This document shows, piece after piece, positions 1-7,104 of a stretch of 64,000 bases of DNA (position 1 is its first letter; each line of letters opens with the position of its first letter). The stretch comes from an uncultured Bacteroidales bacterium (GTDB taxonomy: Bacteria > Bacteroidota > Bacteroidia > Bacteroidales > Muribaculaceae), in the NCBI GenBank assembly GCA_945829225.1, contig CALZTY010000002.1, forward strand, positions 9,060-73,059, given 5' to 3'. The position numbers and the translations under genes were made by a program. Under the pieces are notes generated by a model. It was not told the DNA's origin, made no database searches, and saw nothing but the letters and a program-made list of their open reading frames with translations.

Positions 1-112
1 CGGGATTGCTGACGAGGGTGTGCAAGTTGCCGGGGGTAGATACCACCGACTCTGCGCCGGCGCTCAGTGTAGCCACTGACATTGCCGTATACAATAGTAC
101 GTGTTTCAACAT
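1..112 (-). CDS. 5' end (signal peptide) of a secreted protein; the gene continues past the window start
   Basis: Reverse-strand ATG at 110-112 translates to MLKHVLLYTAMSVATLSAGAESVVSTPGNLHTLVSNP..., a signal-peptide-like N-terminus. A TAAATTTG box lies upstream at 146-153. Too short to appear in the ORF track. Confidence 0.35.
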   Translation of the reverse strand, partial: MLKHVLLYTAMSVATLSAGAESVVSTPGNLHTLVSNP

Positions 113-145
113 TATAGATGTAAAATATTTATCGCTTATAAAGCG

Positions 146-153
146 CAAATTTA
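146..153 (-). promoter_or_regulatory. Bacteroidetes -7-type promoter box (TAAATTTG)
   Basis: Reverse complement of caaattta matches TAnnTTTG, 34 nt upstream of the ATG at 112. Confidence 0.4.
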
Positions 154-186
154 CAAATTTTTCCCTTTCCCCGCAAGTTTTCTAAC

Positions 187-597
187 TTAACGTGCCTGTT
201 GTATGAATTCCAACGGTGTAAGGACCGGTATCTTGGAGAAATTAAAATGCTTGATATTCCTTGTTACAATCACGTCACAATTGTTTGATATAGCACAAAT
301 ATATTGGAGTACATCCTCAAAATCTGTCGCATTGATAGTTAATGCTTCCTTTAATTGGGATTCATCCATTTTTAAGATTTCAAACAACTCAGCAAGTCCA
401 TTCATTACACCATATAACTCTTCCTGAGTTCTACCCCTTCTTGCAACGTAGGCGGTATTTGCCATTGATAAGATTGAAACACATAGAAAGGCACGGTTAT
501 CTTCGCCTAATTGTAAGATATCACATGCTTCCTCATATCCTTGTCGCTGAGTAACGAAATCAAGGATGATATTGGTATCAAGAAAAGCTCTTTTCAT
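187..597 (-). CDS. vapC: PIN-domain toxin (VapC-like ribonuclease)
   Basis: 136 aa. N-terminal FLDTNIILDF and C-terminal CDVIVTRNIKHF fit the conserved acidic-residue pattern of PIN/VapC. Its start overlaps the upstream small ORF by 4 nt. Confidence 0.8.
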   Translation of the reverse strand: MKRAFLDTNIILDFVTQRQGYEEACDILQLGEDNRAFLCVSILSMANTAYVARRGRTQEELYGVMNGLAELFEILKMDESQLKEALTINATDFEDVLQYICAISNNCDVIVTRNIKHFNFSKIPVLTPLEFIQQAR

Positions 598-830
598 TTG
601 CTTAAGAGATAAGCAAGGCGTTCATCGCCGGCAATGTCCTCTTGAGTAATACCTGTTCCGCACAGTTTGCGAAGGTTCTCTATTTTGGGAGAATATTTCT
701 TTGTGGTTGTTACCTTAGGAGAGTCGGATTTCCATACTTTTGCCGAAGTAACACCGCGAAGCATCTTGATAGCATTGATGATGCTATCAAGAGCTCGAGT
801 ATTGTCTATTGTTACAATTATTTCTGCCAT
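594..830 (-). CDS. Putative antitoxin partner of the PIN toxin (family not recognised)
   Basis: 78-aa ORF directly upstream of, and overlapping by 4 nt, the PIN gene, which is the classic antitoxin-toxin order. A -7-type box lies at 847-854. Confidence 0.6.
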   Translation of the reverse strand: MAEIIVTIDNTRALDSIINAIKMLRGVTSAKVWKSDSPKVTTTKKYSPKIENLRKLCGTGITQEDIAGDERLAYLLSK

Positions 831-846
831 AATCTTTTGTTTTTCG

Positions 847-854
847 CAAAAATA
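847..854 (-). promoter_or_regulatory. -7-type promoter box (TATTTTTG) for the TA pair
   Basis: Reverse complement of caaaaata matches TAnnTTTG, 17 nt upstream of the ATG at 830. Confidence 0.4.
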
Positions 855-991
855 GTATTTTTTCGGCTAATGACCAAAATATTAGGAAAAAACAACAAAA
901 CTATTGTCTTATGTGTGGGACAAAATTAGGTATTTTTTGTCTTATATACAAGACAATTCGGCAAATTGTGGGTTGAGTGGACAAAGGTTGT

Positions 992-1036
992 AAAAAATGA
1001 GCCATTCTCCGGGCGTGCAGAGACGTCGGAGAATGG
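992..1036 (-). terminator. Intrinsic terminator after the Sel1-repeat gene
   Basis: 10-bp stem ccattctccg (1002-1011) / cggagaatgg (1027-1036), followed on the minus strand by a T-run (plus-strand aaaaaa at 992-997). Confidence 0.5.
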
Positions 1037-1078
1037 GGGAGAGAGGAGAATGGAAAGCACAGTGGAAAAGAGTGTTCC

Positions 1079-2650
1079 TTACGGAACTATCTTGAGGAAA
1101 TCCCAAAGTGCCGTTGCATAGGGAGCGTGGTTGGGGATGAGGAACGGGTCGTGGATAGCACCTTGTTCGATGCAATCCTGGAAGCGGTTGGCAGCGTCGG
1201 CAAACATATATCCGGCGTCCAAAGCATTGGTATAGAAAGATACCGCAGCGTTGATATCCTTGGTTTCACCGAGACCTTCGTAGGCGAAGTTGCCTAAGTT
1301 GATCCAGGCGAGGATGTGTTCACCCTCAATGGCTTTTTTGTAGAGTTCGATAGACTTGGTGTAGTCGGGAGCGATGCCGTCGGTGCCGCGTTCGTAGAGG
1401 CGAGCGAGTTGGAATGTAGCCTCGACGTTGCCCTTGTCAGAGAGTTTGGTGAGTTCCTTGAGACCCTTGGCGATGTCGCGCTTGGGGTTGGCGGGGCTGA
1501 GGGTCATCATCACGTTGAGGAGGTCGACGTTGGCAGCAGCGCAATTCTTGAGGGCTTTGACAGCGGACTTGAAGGCTTTTTCGTCGCCGGCGTTGATAGC
1601 GCGGAGGGCGAGGATGTAGTTGTGGAAGTTGGTGCCTACCAAGTTGGCGGCGTCGCTTGAGGTGAAGAGGTCGGTCATCTGCTGCATATATGAGTTGCGA
1701 GCGGTGAGCCATGAGAGCATATATGCGGCGTCGATGAAGTTGTCTTGACGGGCGGCAACGACGGCGTAATCAAACATTGCGCGGTTGAGGCCCTGGAAGG
1801 CTGCGGTGCGGAGCCAGCGGTTGGCTTCGGACTCGGATTTTTCCACACCGGTGCCATTGCGGTAGAGAGTGGAGACGAAGTACTGAGCGTTGGCGAGGTC
1901 CTTCTCGGCGGCGCGGAGGGCGTAGACGAAGCCCTTGGAGGGGTCGGGAGTTATACCCATGCCGTTGACGAGCATCTGACCGTAGTAGTATTCGCTGACG
2001 GTATCGTGTTGGTCGGCACCTTTCTTGAGCCACTTGAGGGCATCGCGGTATTCCTTGGCGTTGAGGTAAGCGACGCCGGCGCTGCGTGTGGCGAGGATGT
2101 CGCCCTTGGCGGCGAGGAAGCTGTAGTATTTGCCGGCGAGGGCAAAGTTGCGCGAGCAGCCTATGCCGTTGTTGTAGAAGTAGGCGACGGCGGCGCACTC
2201 AAATGTCGACTTGCGGTCGGCTTCGGCGAGGAGGTTGGCAAATAACTCGGGGTTGCCCTTGCGCAGCGAGACGCTGTAGAGTTGCATTGCTCGTACCGAG
2301 TCGGCTTCGACGCCGTGACCATATTGGTAGCAGATGCCGAGGTTGCCTACGGCTTGGTTGTTGCCCATCTCGGCGGCGCGAGCCCACATCTTGGCGGCGA
2401 GGTCAAAGTTTTGCTCGAGACCTTCGCCGGTGTAGTACCATACGCCGAGTTGATTGATTGCGGCGGCATTGCCATTCTCGGCTTCGGCTACTACGGCGAG
2501 GACTTGGTCGCGAGTGAGACCTTCCTCGACAGCAGCTTCTATAGTATCGACCGGTTCGTCGGCTACACGCGCCGGGGTTACAACCTGTGCGTTGCCATAT
2601 AGGGAAGAGAGGAGAACGAGAGAGGCTGATATGTAGCGTAATGTCTTCAT
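1079..2650 (-). CDS. Exported Sel1-repeat (TPR-like) protein
   Basis: 523 aa. Signal peptide MKTLRYISASLVLLSSLYGNAQ. Many ~36-aa Sel1-like units, e.g. AINQLGVWYYTGEGLEQNFDLAAKMWARAAEMGN and AVGNLGICYQYGHGVEADSVRAMQLY. Confidence 0.8.
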   Translation of the reverse strand: MKTLRYISASLVLLSSLYGNAQVVTPARVADEPVDTIEAAVEEGLTRDQVLAVVAEAENGNAAAINQLGVWYYTGEGLEQNFDLAAKMWARAAEMGNNQAVGNLGICYQYGHGVEADSVRAMQLYSVSLRKGNPELFANLLAEADRKSTFECAAVAYFYNNGIGCSRNFALAGKYYSFLAAKGDILATRSAGVAYLNAKEYRDALKWLKKGADQHDTVSEYYYGQMLVNGMGITPDPSKGFVYALRAAEKDLANAQYFVSTLYRNGTGVEKSESEANRWLRTAAFQGLNRAMFDYAVVAARQDNFIDAAYMLSWLTARNSYMQQMTDLFTSSDAANLVGTNFHNYILALRAINAGDEKAFKSAVKALKNCAAANVDLLNVMMTLSPANPKRDIAKGLKELTKLSDKGNVEATFQLARLYERGTDGIAPDYTKSIELYKKAIEGEHILAWINLGNFAYEGLGETKDINAAVSFYTNALDAGYMFADAANRFQDCIEQGAIHDPFLIPNHAPYATALWDFLKIVP

Positions 2651-2703
2651 GATTATTTTTTTTGTTGGGAGTGTGGGTAAAATGAGGTGGCGAGGAGTGA
2701 AGA

Positions 2704-3402
2704 TTAGAGGTCACCAATGAAGGGGTCGTCGGCGATGACGTCGTCGGGACAGTCTACGGCTACTTCAGCGTCGTCAATAATCTCGGTGGTAACCACTTCT
2801 TCGTCGATGAATTGGTCGCCGATGATGATTTCGTTTTCGTCAACGATGGGTTCGTCGACTTGTTCGCCCTCGACGATGGTGCCCACGGCTTGGTTGGGGT
2901 CGATGTCGCCGGTAATATCATTGATGTTAACAGCGATAGGCTCTTCTTCGATGGGTTGGTTGGGAGTTTCGTCGCTGCCGCGGACGTCTTGGATAGCCTG
3001 GAGTTCTTCTTCGTTTGCCTCAGCCTCGGTCTTGTCGTTTGCGGTGGGGACGGGTTCTTCGTCGAGATCTTCATCGAGGGGACCTTCGGGGTCATGTTGC
3101 TGCCGGGGATGCTGTTGGTGGGCGGTGTGGCGAGCAGCGGGAGCCTCGTCTTCTTCAAAGACGATTTCCTCGATTTCTTCCTCCTCGGCGGGTTGACCGT
3201 TGGTGGCGGCGTAGATTGCTCCGGCGCCTGCTACACCTACAGCGGCTGCACCGGCGATGGCAGCGCCACGCTTGTAGGATTTACCCTTTTCGGGCTTCTC
3301 TTCCTCGTTGAATTGCTCGGTGAGGTCTTTTTCAACTTCGTTTACAGTACCGTTGATATCGTTGTTGTATGCCGAAGGATGGATGGTTGAGTCAAGTTTC
3401 AT
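2704..3402 (-). CDS. Single-pass membrane protein with a strongly acidic C-terminal (predicted extracytoplasmic) region
   Basis: 232 aa. About 50-aa N-terminal tail, Ala/Gly-rich TM helix AAIAGAAAVGVAGAGAIYAA, then a D/E-rich region ending DDVIADDPFIGDL. Same architecture as 4026-4892. Family not recognised. Confidence 0.6.
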   Translation of the reverse strand: MKLDSTIHPSAYNNDINGTVNEVEKDLTEQFNEEEKPEKGKSYKRGAAIAGAAAVGVAGAGAIYAATNGQPAEEEEIEEIVFEEDEAPAARHTAHQQHPRQQHDPEGPLDEDLDEEPVPTANDKTEAEANEEELQAIQDVRGSDETPNQPIEEEPIAVNINDITGDIDPNQAVGTIVEGEQVDEPIVDENEIIIGDQFIDEEVVTTEIIDDAEVAVDCPDDVIADDPFIGDL

Positions 3403-3430
3403 AGTCGTATTATTTTTGAGTTTTTAGTTG

Positions 3431-4021
3431 TTATTTTTTTGTGAAAATCATTGATGTCTTGCCCATGACGATGGTGTCGCCAAATTTGAGTTGTAATTTT
3501 TCGCCGTTGTGCAATTCCTTGCCGTTGACCTTGATGGGGTTGCGGCTCTTGATGACGGTGAAGAAGAAGAGGGCGTTGCCGTTGGCACTCTTCTCGATGT
3601 CGATAGAAGCGCAGCGGCGCGAGATAGTGGGGTCACCTGAGATTTGAATGGTGCTTGGGCAAGTGATGTCTTCGCGTCCGATGGTGTAAGAGCCGAAACC
3701 GTTGATGTCAAAGTTCTTGGTGGTGGAGGGGAGAAGTCGGCGGTGGATATTCACCTTGAGGGTAGCGCTGGGGGCGATGATGCTGTCGGGGTCGAGGATG
3801 ATGGTACCCGAGCCGGTGGTAGCCACGATGGTCTTATTGAATTTGTTCTCGGCGGGCTTTTCCTCGCCCTTGTCGGCTTTACCATCGAATTTTACGGCGA
3901 AGACTTTGCCGCAGCCCGGGCAGGTGAATTTGATAGTAGCGGGCTTGTCGGGCTCTTTGGTGATGAGAACCTTGCCGCATGCCGGGCATTTGAATGCTTT
4001 CTGTCCTTCCTTGAGAGCCAT
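3431..4021 (-). CDS. Zinc-ribbon plus FHA-domain protein (cytoplasmic)
   Basis: 196 aa. CPACGK...CPGCGK is an MJ0042-like double CxxC zinc ribbon. C-terminal FHA-like domain: YTIGRED...ISRRCASI...KSRNPIKVNGKEL...GDTIVMG. Confidence 0.7.
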   Translation of the reverse strand: MALKEGQKAFKCPACGKVLITKEPDKPATIKFTCPGCGKVFAVKFDGKADKGEEKPAENKFNKTIVATTGSGTIILDPDSIIAPSATLKVNIHRRLLPSTTKNFDINGFGSYTIGREDITCPSTIQISGDPTISRRCASIDIEKSANGNALFFFTVIKSRNPIKVNGKELHNGEKLQLKFGDTIVMGKTSMIFTKK

Positions 4022-4025
4022 GGCG

Positions 4026-4892
4026 TTATGCTAAGTCGTCGGTGATGATGATGTCTTGGTCGTCGATTTCAACGTCAACGTTGTCGGTGGTCTCGTCGTA
4101 GGCGAGGTATCCGTCTTCGGCTTGTTCCTGTGCTTGAGCGACGGTGAAGCCGGCGCCGTTGATGTCGTAAGAGCCGAATTGGGGGTCGTCGTAGACGGCT
4201 ACGTCCAATATACCGTCACCGTCGAGATCGACTGCTACGCCCATATCGCCTTCGTAGTCGATGAAAGTGGCTTGAGTGGTGGCGTTACCCTCGATGTCGT
4301 AGACAACCTCTACATCGGTGAATTCGAGCATCGAAACACCGTCGAGGTCGTTGGGGTCGACTTCCTCGCCGGCGATAATGGCATCGGCGATTTCACCGGG
4401 GTCGGAGACGGTGACTTGGGGGTCGACTTCTACCGGAGTCTCAGCGGGGGGAGTGGTAGGGTTGACGGGAGTAGGGGTCTCACCGGGGATAGCGGGGTTA
4501 TTGGGGTCGACGGGAGTTTCAGCGGGGGGAGTAGTGGGGTTGACGGGAGTAGTGGTCTCGCCGGGGGTAGAGGGAGTAGCGACGGGGTTCACGCCGGGGG
4601 CTGTAGCACCGGGAGTGGTGGTGTTATCGCCGGGAGTGGTGGTGGGGTCTTGACTGTTGTCGGTGGGTGTGCGGTGTGCACCTACGTTTTCGGCTTCTTG
4701 GATTTCGATGCCATCGATTTCCTCGGCATCGTTGGCTTGGTTGACAGCCCAAACACCTGCGGCACCTACGCCGGCACCTGCGGCGGCTGTTGCGGCGGCT
4801 GCTACGCCTACATTCGACTTGTTGCCGTTTTTCTTGGGTTGTGTTGCCTCGGCTGCGGGGTCAACAAATAAGGTTGCGTCAGTTGTTGCCAT
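4026..4892 (-). CDS. Single-pass membrane protein with a Pro/Thr-rich spacer and an acidic C-terminal domain
   Basis: 288 aa. Short N-terminal tail, TM helix VGVAAAATAAAGAGVGAAGVWAV, a 26-aa tandem repeat (PVNPTTPPAETPV...), and an acidic tail with a DLDGDGILD Ca-binding-like motif. A TAACTTTG box lies upstream. Confidence 0.6.
   Translation of the reverse strand: MATTDATLFVDPAAEATQPKKNGNKSNVGVAAAATAAAGAGVGAAGVWAVNQANDAEEIDGIEIQEAENVGAHRTPTDNSQDPTTTPGDNTTTPGATAPGVNPVATPSTPGETTTPVNPTTPPAETPVDPNNPAIPGETPTPVNPTTPPAETPVEVDPQVTVSDPGEIADAIIAGEEVDPNDLDGVSMLEFTDVEVVYDIEGNATTQATFIDYEGDMGVAVDLDGDGILDVAVYDDPQFGSYDINGAGFTVAQAQEQAEDGYLAYDETTDNVDVEIDDQDIIITDDLA
4435..4566. repeat. 78-bp in-frame tandem duplication inside the 4026-4892 CDS
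   Basis: ggagtctcagcggggggagtggtagggttgacgggagtaggggtctcaccgggg (4435-4488) recurs with a few substitutions at 4513-4566. It encodes GETxTPVNPTTPPAETPV twice. Confidence 0.8.
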
Positions 4893-4944
4893 ATCTTTTA
4901 AGTTTTTTGAGTTTTTGTAATTGGGTTGTTTATCGTTTACATTG

Positions 4945-4952
4945 CAAAGTTA
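4945..4952 (-). promoter_or_regulatory. -7-type promoter box (TAACTTTG), internal to the cluster
   Basis: Reverse complement of caaagtta, 53 nt upstream of the ATG at 4892, within the only long (156-nt) gap in the cluster. Confidence 0.4.
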
Positions 4953-5048
4953 AGGCTTCGTCGCGACCTTTTGCAAATATTTTGCGAGGTCTTTGACGAA
5001 GCCTTTATAATTTTGGACGAAACGGGCTGTTTCGCTGACGAAGAAGAA

Positions 5049-5789
5049 TTACTCTTCGGGATACTCAATCAAGATGGTATCGTGCATGGTTGAGGGGGCG
5101 ATGAGCACGGGGTGCTGTGAGCCGTCGGAGCGTCGTACACAGTCCTTATATATGTGCTTGAAGAGTTCCATGATGGTGACTTTGCGGTCGTGGTTGGTGT
5201 CGGCTTTGCCACGGTATCCGGTGAGGAGCCCGACGGTGAAGAAAGACTTCTGATAGTACCCGGCGGCGATGCTATATTCCTCGGGTCGGCAGCCGAGGAA
5301 GTAAGCGTGCCCCTTGACGGCTTCGATGCCGTTGTACCAATTGGAGGCGTCACCGACTTCGCCGCCGATGGTGCCGGCATGGCAAGCATCGATGAATACC
5401 ACTACCTCGCCTGCCTTGGATGTCGAGAGCAGTTGTACCAATTGGTCGTAGGGGTACTGGGAGTCGTAGCAATACAGCCCGCCGGGGTAGCCGTGACCGC
5501 TGTAGTAGAATATGATGCGGTCAGAGGCTTGTGCGCGATTGACGATGGCTGAGAGTTTCTCCTTGATGTTATCGGCATTGGCGTATGACGAGGTGAGGAG
5601 TGTGACGTCCTTGGTGTGAGTGAGGAGGATGTCACGGAATGCCTTGGCATCGTTGGTGGGTTGAGTGAGGTTGAGATCGGGGTCGCCGTAGTTGGAGATG
5701 CCTACCACGAGGGCAAATGTACGGGCTTGGGTGTTGAGGGTGCACAGAGCCGCTATGGCGACAAGCAGTGCGGTGAAGATGCGTTTCAT
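5049..5789 (-). CDS. Exported caspase-family (peptidase C14) protein
   Basis: 246 aa. Signal peptide MKRIFTALLVAIAALCTLNTQA. Catalytic His context IFYYSGHGYPGG and catalytic Cys context VVFIDACHAGT, which are the metacaspase-type HC-dyad motifs. Confidence 0.8.
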   Translation of the reverse strand: MKRIFTALLVAIAALCTLNTQARTFALVVGISNYGDPDLNLTQPTNDAKAFRDILLTHTKDVTLLTSSYANADNIKEKLSAIVNRAQASDRIIFYYSGHGYPGGLYCYDSQYPYDQLVQLLSTSKAGEVVVFIDACHAGTIGGEVGDASNWYNGIEAVKGHAYFLGCRPEEYSIAAGYYQKSFFTVGLLTGYRGKADTNHDRKVTIMELFKHIYKDCVRRSDGSQHPVLIAPSTMHDTILIEYPEE

Positions 5790-5828
5790 TGTCTTATTAT
5801 TTATAATGAGGAGATTGTTGTCGATTAA

Positions 5829-6482
5829 TTACATAGCCTTGCACACCGAGCACTTGCAGTTGCGCACGTCGTAGTCGGAGAGGACACGCCAGCACTTGGG
5901 ACACAGCAGGAATTTGGCTCGGGTTTCCTTGATGCGCTTGAGTCGCTCAGAGTCGCTACGATATTTGAGTCTCAGCAAGCCGGGTGGCAAGGCGGTAGCC
6001 ACACCACAGAGGGCGAGCATCAGCATGGGATCAATGGGGGCGAAGATGCGCACGATAGCCACCAAAGATACGCAGATGATGGGGGCTATAATCATATTGA
6101 GGTTGTGCTTCTTGACCACAGCGGCATGCTCTTCCTCGGCTTTCTTAAAGCGCTTGTCCATAGCACGCAGGTATTTGAACTCGTAGGAGTAGTCGTTGGG
6201 TGCCACGAGTTGGTGAGCCATAAATGTGAAGGACTTGGCATTCTCGGGACCGAGGCGCAGCACATCGTTGGGCTTGATGTGGCAGTTGACTACCAAGCGG
6301 AAGTCGCCGGCGCTGTCGCGCAGGTACACGCCATTACCCTTGCCCCCCTTGAGGTCCTCGAGGTACCAGTTGTCGGAGTGCTCATCGACGGTGATGCGCA
6401 CATGCTCGTTGTGAACAAATTGTCGGTCTTGTCCTATTTCAAATTTTTGGTCGCCACTGCGGCCGACGGTGAATACAGGCAT
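5829..6482 (-). CDS. FHA-domain membrane protein with a C-terminal zinc ribbon
   Basis: 217 aa. N-terminal FHA-like domain (FTVGRSGD...NEHVRI...YLEDLKGGKGNGVYL). Two hydrophobic helices (IIAPIICVSLVAIVRIF and MLMLALCGVATALPPGLL). C-terminal CPKC...CKCSVC. Confidence 0.7.
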   Translation of the reverse strand: MPVFTVGRSGDQKFEIGQDRQFVHNEHVRITVDEHSDNWYLEDLKGGKGNGVYLRDSAGDFRLVVNCHIKPNDVLRLGPENAKSFTFMAHQLVAPNDYSYEFKYLRAMDKRFKKAEEEHAAVVKKHNLNMIIAPIICVSLVAIVRIFAPIDPMLMLALCGVATALPPGLLRLKYRSDSERLKRIKETRAKFLLCPKCWRVLSDYDVRNCKCSVCKAM

Positions 6483-6499
6483 AAAATTTTTACGAAGAA

Positions 6500-6886
6500 T
6501 TATACAGCGCCTTCAGCCTTGGGTGCCGCGGCGTATCGTTTGGTGAACTTCTCCTTGAGCAATTTCAACAACGCCTTGGACACCGGCAACTTGTGCTGGT
6601 GGCTGTCGATATCGCTGAGCACCAAGTATTGCTTCAGGAGGTTAATGTTGCTGAGGTAGTTCTCATTGATGATGAGACTGCGACCCAATCTAACGAATGA
6701 GGATGTACCCTTAGCCAAAGTTGCCGAAAGCAGTTTCTCTACCCCGGATAGCCCCATATTCAGTGCGAGCGCCTGACCGCTGATATAGGTCAAGCGTGTG
6801 TAGTTGCCGTTGGCTTGGAAGTAAGCAATCTTATCTAAGTCCAGTATCAGCAATTCGTCTCGTGTATTTATACAGACTTTTTTCAT
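6500..6886 (-). CDS. Stand-alone LytTR-family DNA-binding protein (no receiver domain)
   Basis: 128 aa. LILDLDKIAYFQANGNYTRLTY...SFVRLGRSLIIN matches the LytTR domain pattern. First gene of the cluster. Confidence 0.75.
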   Translation of the reverse strand: MKKVCINTRDELLILDLDKIAYFQANGNYTRLTYISGQALALNMGLSGVEKLLSATLAKGTSSFVRLGRSLIINENYLSNINLLKQYLVLSDIDSHQHKLPVSKALLKLLKEKFTKRYAAAPKAEGAV

Positions 6887-6918
6887 AGCATTACTGTTTG
6901 TATTAGGAATTTATGTCG

Positions 6919-6926
6919 CAAAGTTA
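6919..6926 (-). promoter_or_regulatory. -7-type promoter box (TAACTTTG) for the LytTR gene
   Basis: Reverse complement of caaagtta, 33 nt upstream of the ATG at 6886. Confidence 0.45.
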
Positions 6927-6971
6927 GCAAAATTTTCAAATAATAAGCATAATTTTCATAAAAAATGGCAT

Positions 6972-7008
6972 AAAAATAATGAAAGTGCGCTACTTCGCAG
7001 TAACGCAC
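6972..7008 (-). terminator. Hairpin plus T-rich tract downstream of tonB
   Basis: gtgcgctac (6985-6993) / gtaacgcac (7000-7008) form a 9-position stem with one mismatch. The minus strand continues tttcattattttt. Confidence 0.45.
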
Positions 7009-7104
7009 CTTCCTCATAACCAAAATTCAAGTATATATTGTGAGTCTAACAAAACGTTATCACTTAAGATTATTCTTGAATTGCTCCAAATCATTAATAC
7101 GGTG

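Noticed and set aside
942-1175. 77-aa minus-strand ORF overlapping the end of the Sel1 gene.
   Set aside because: It spans the terminator hairpin and overlaps the Sel1 C-terminus in another frame. It is Pro/Arg/Cys-rich, low-complexity sequence.
2812-3390. Plus-strand ORFs (2812-3390 and 4056-4871) opposite the two acidic membrane-protein genes.
   Set aside because: They are Gly/Val-rich mirror images of D/E-rich coding sequence. The minus-strand frames have start codons, TM helices, tight operon spacing and a promoter box. This remains the least certain strand call in the cluster.
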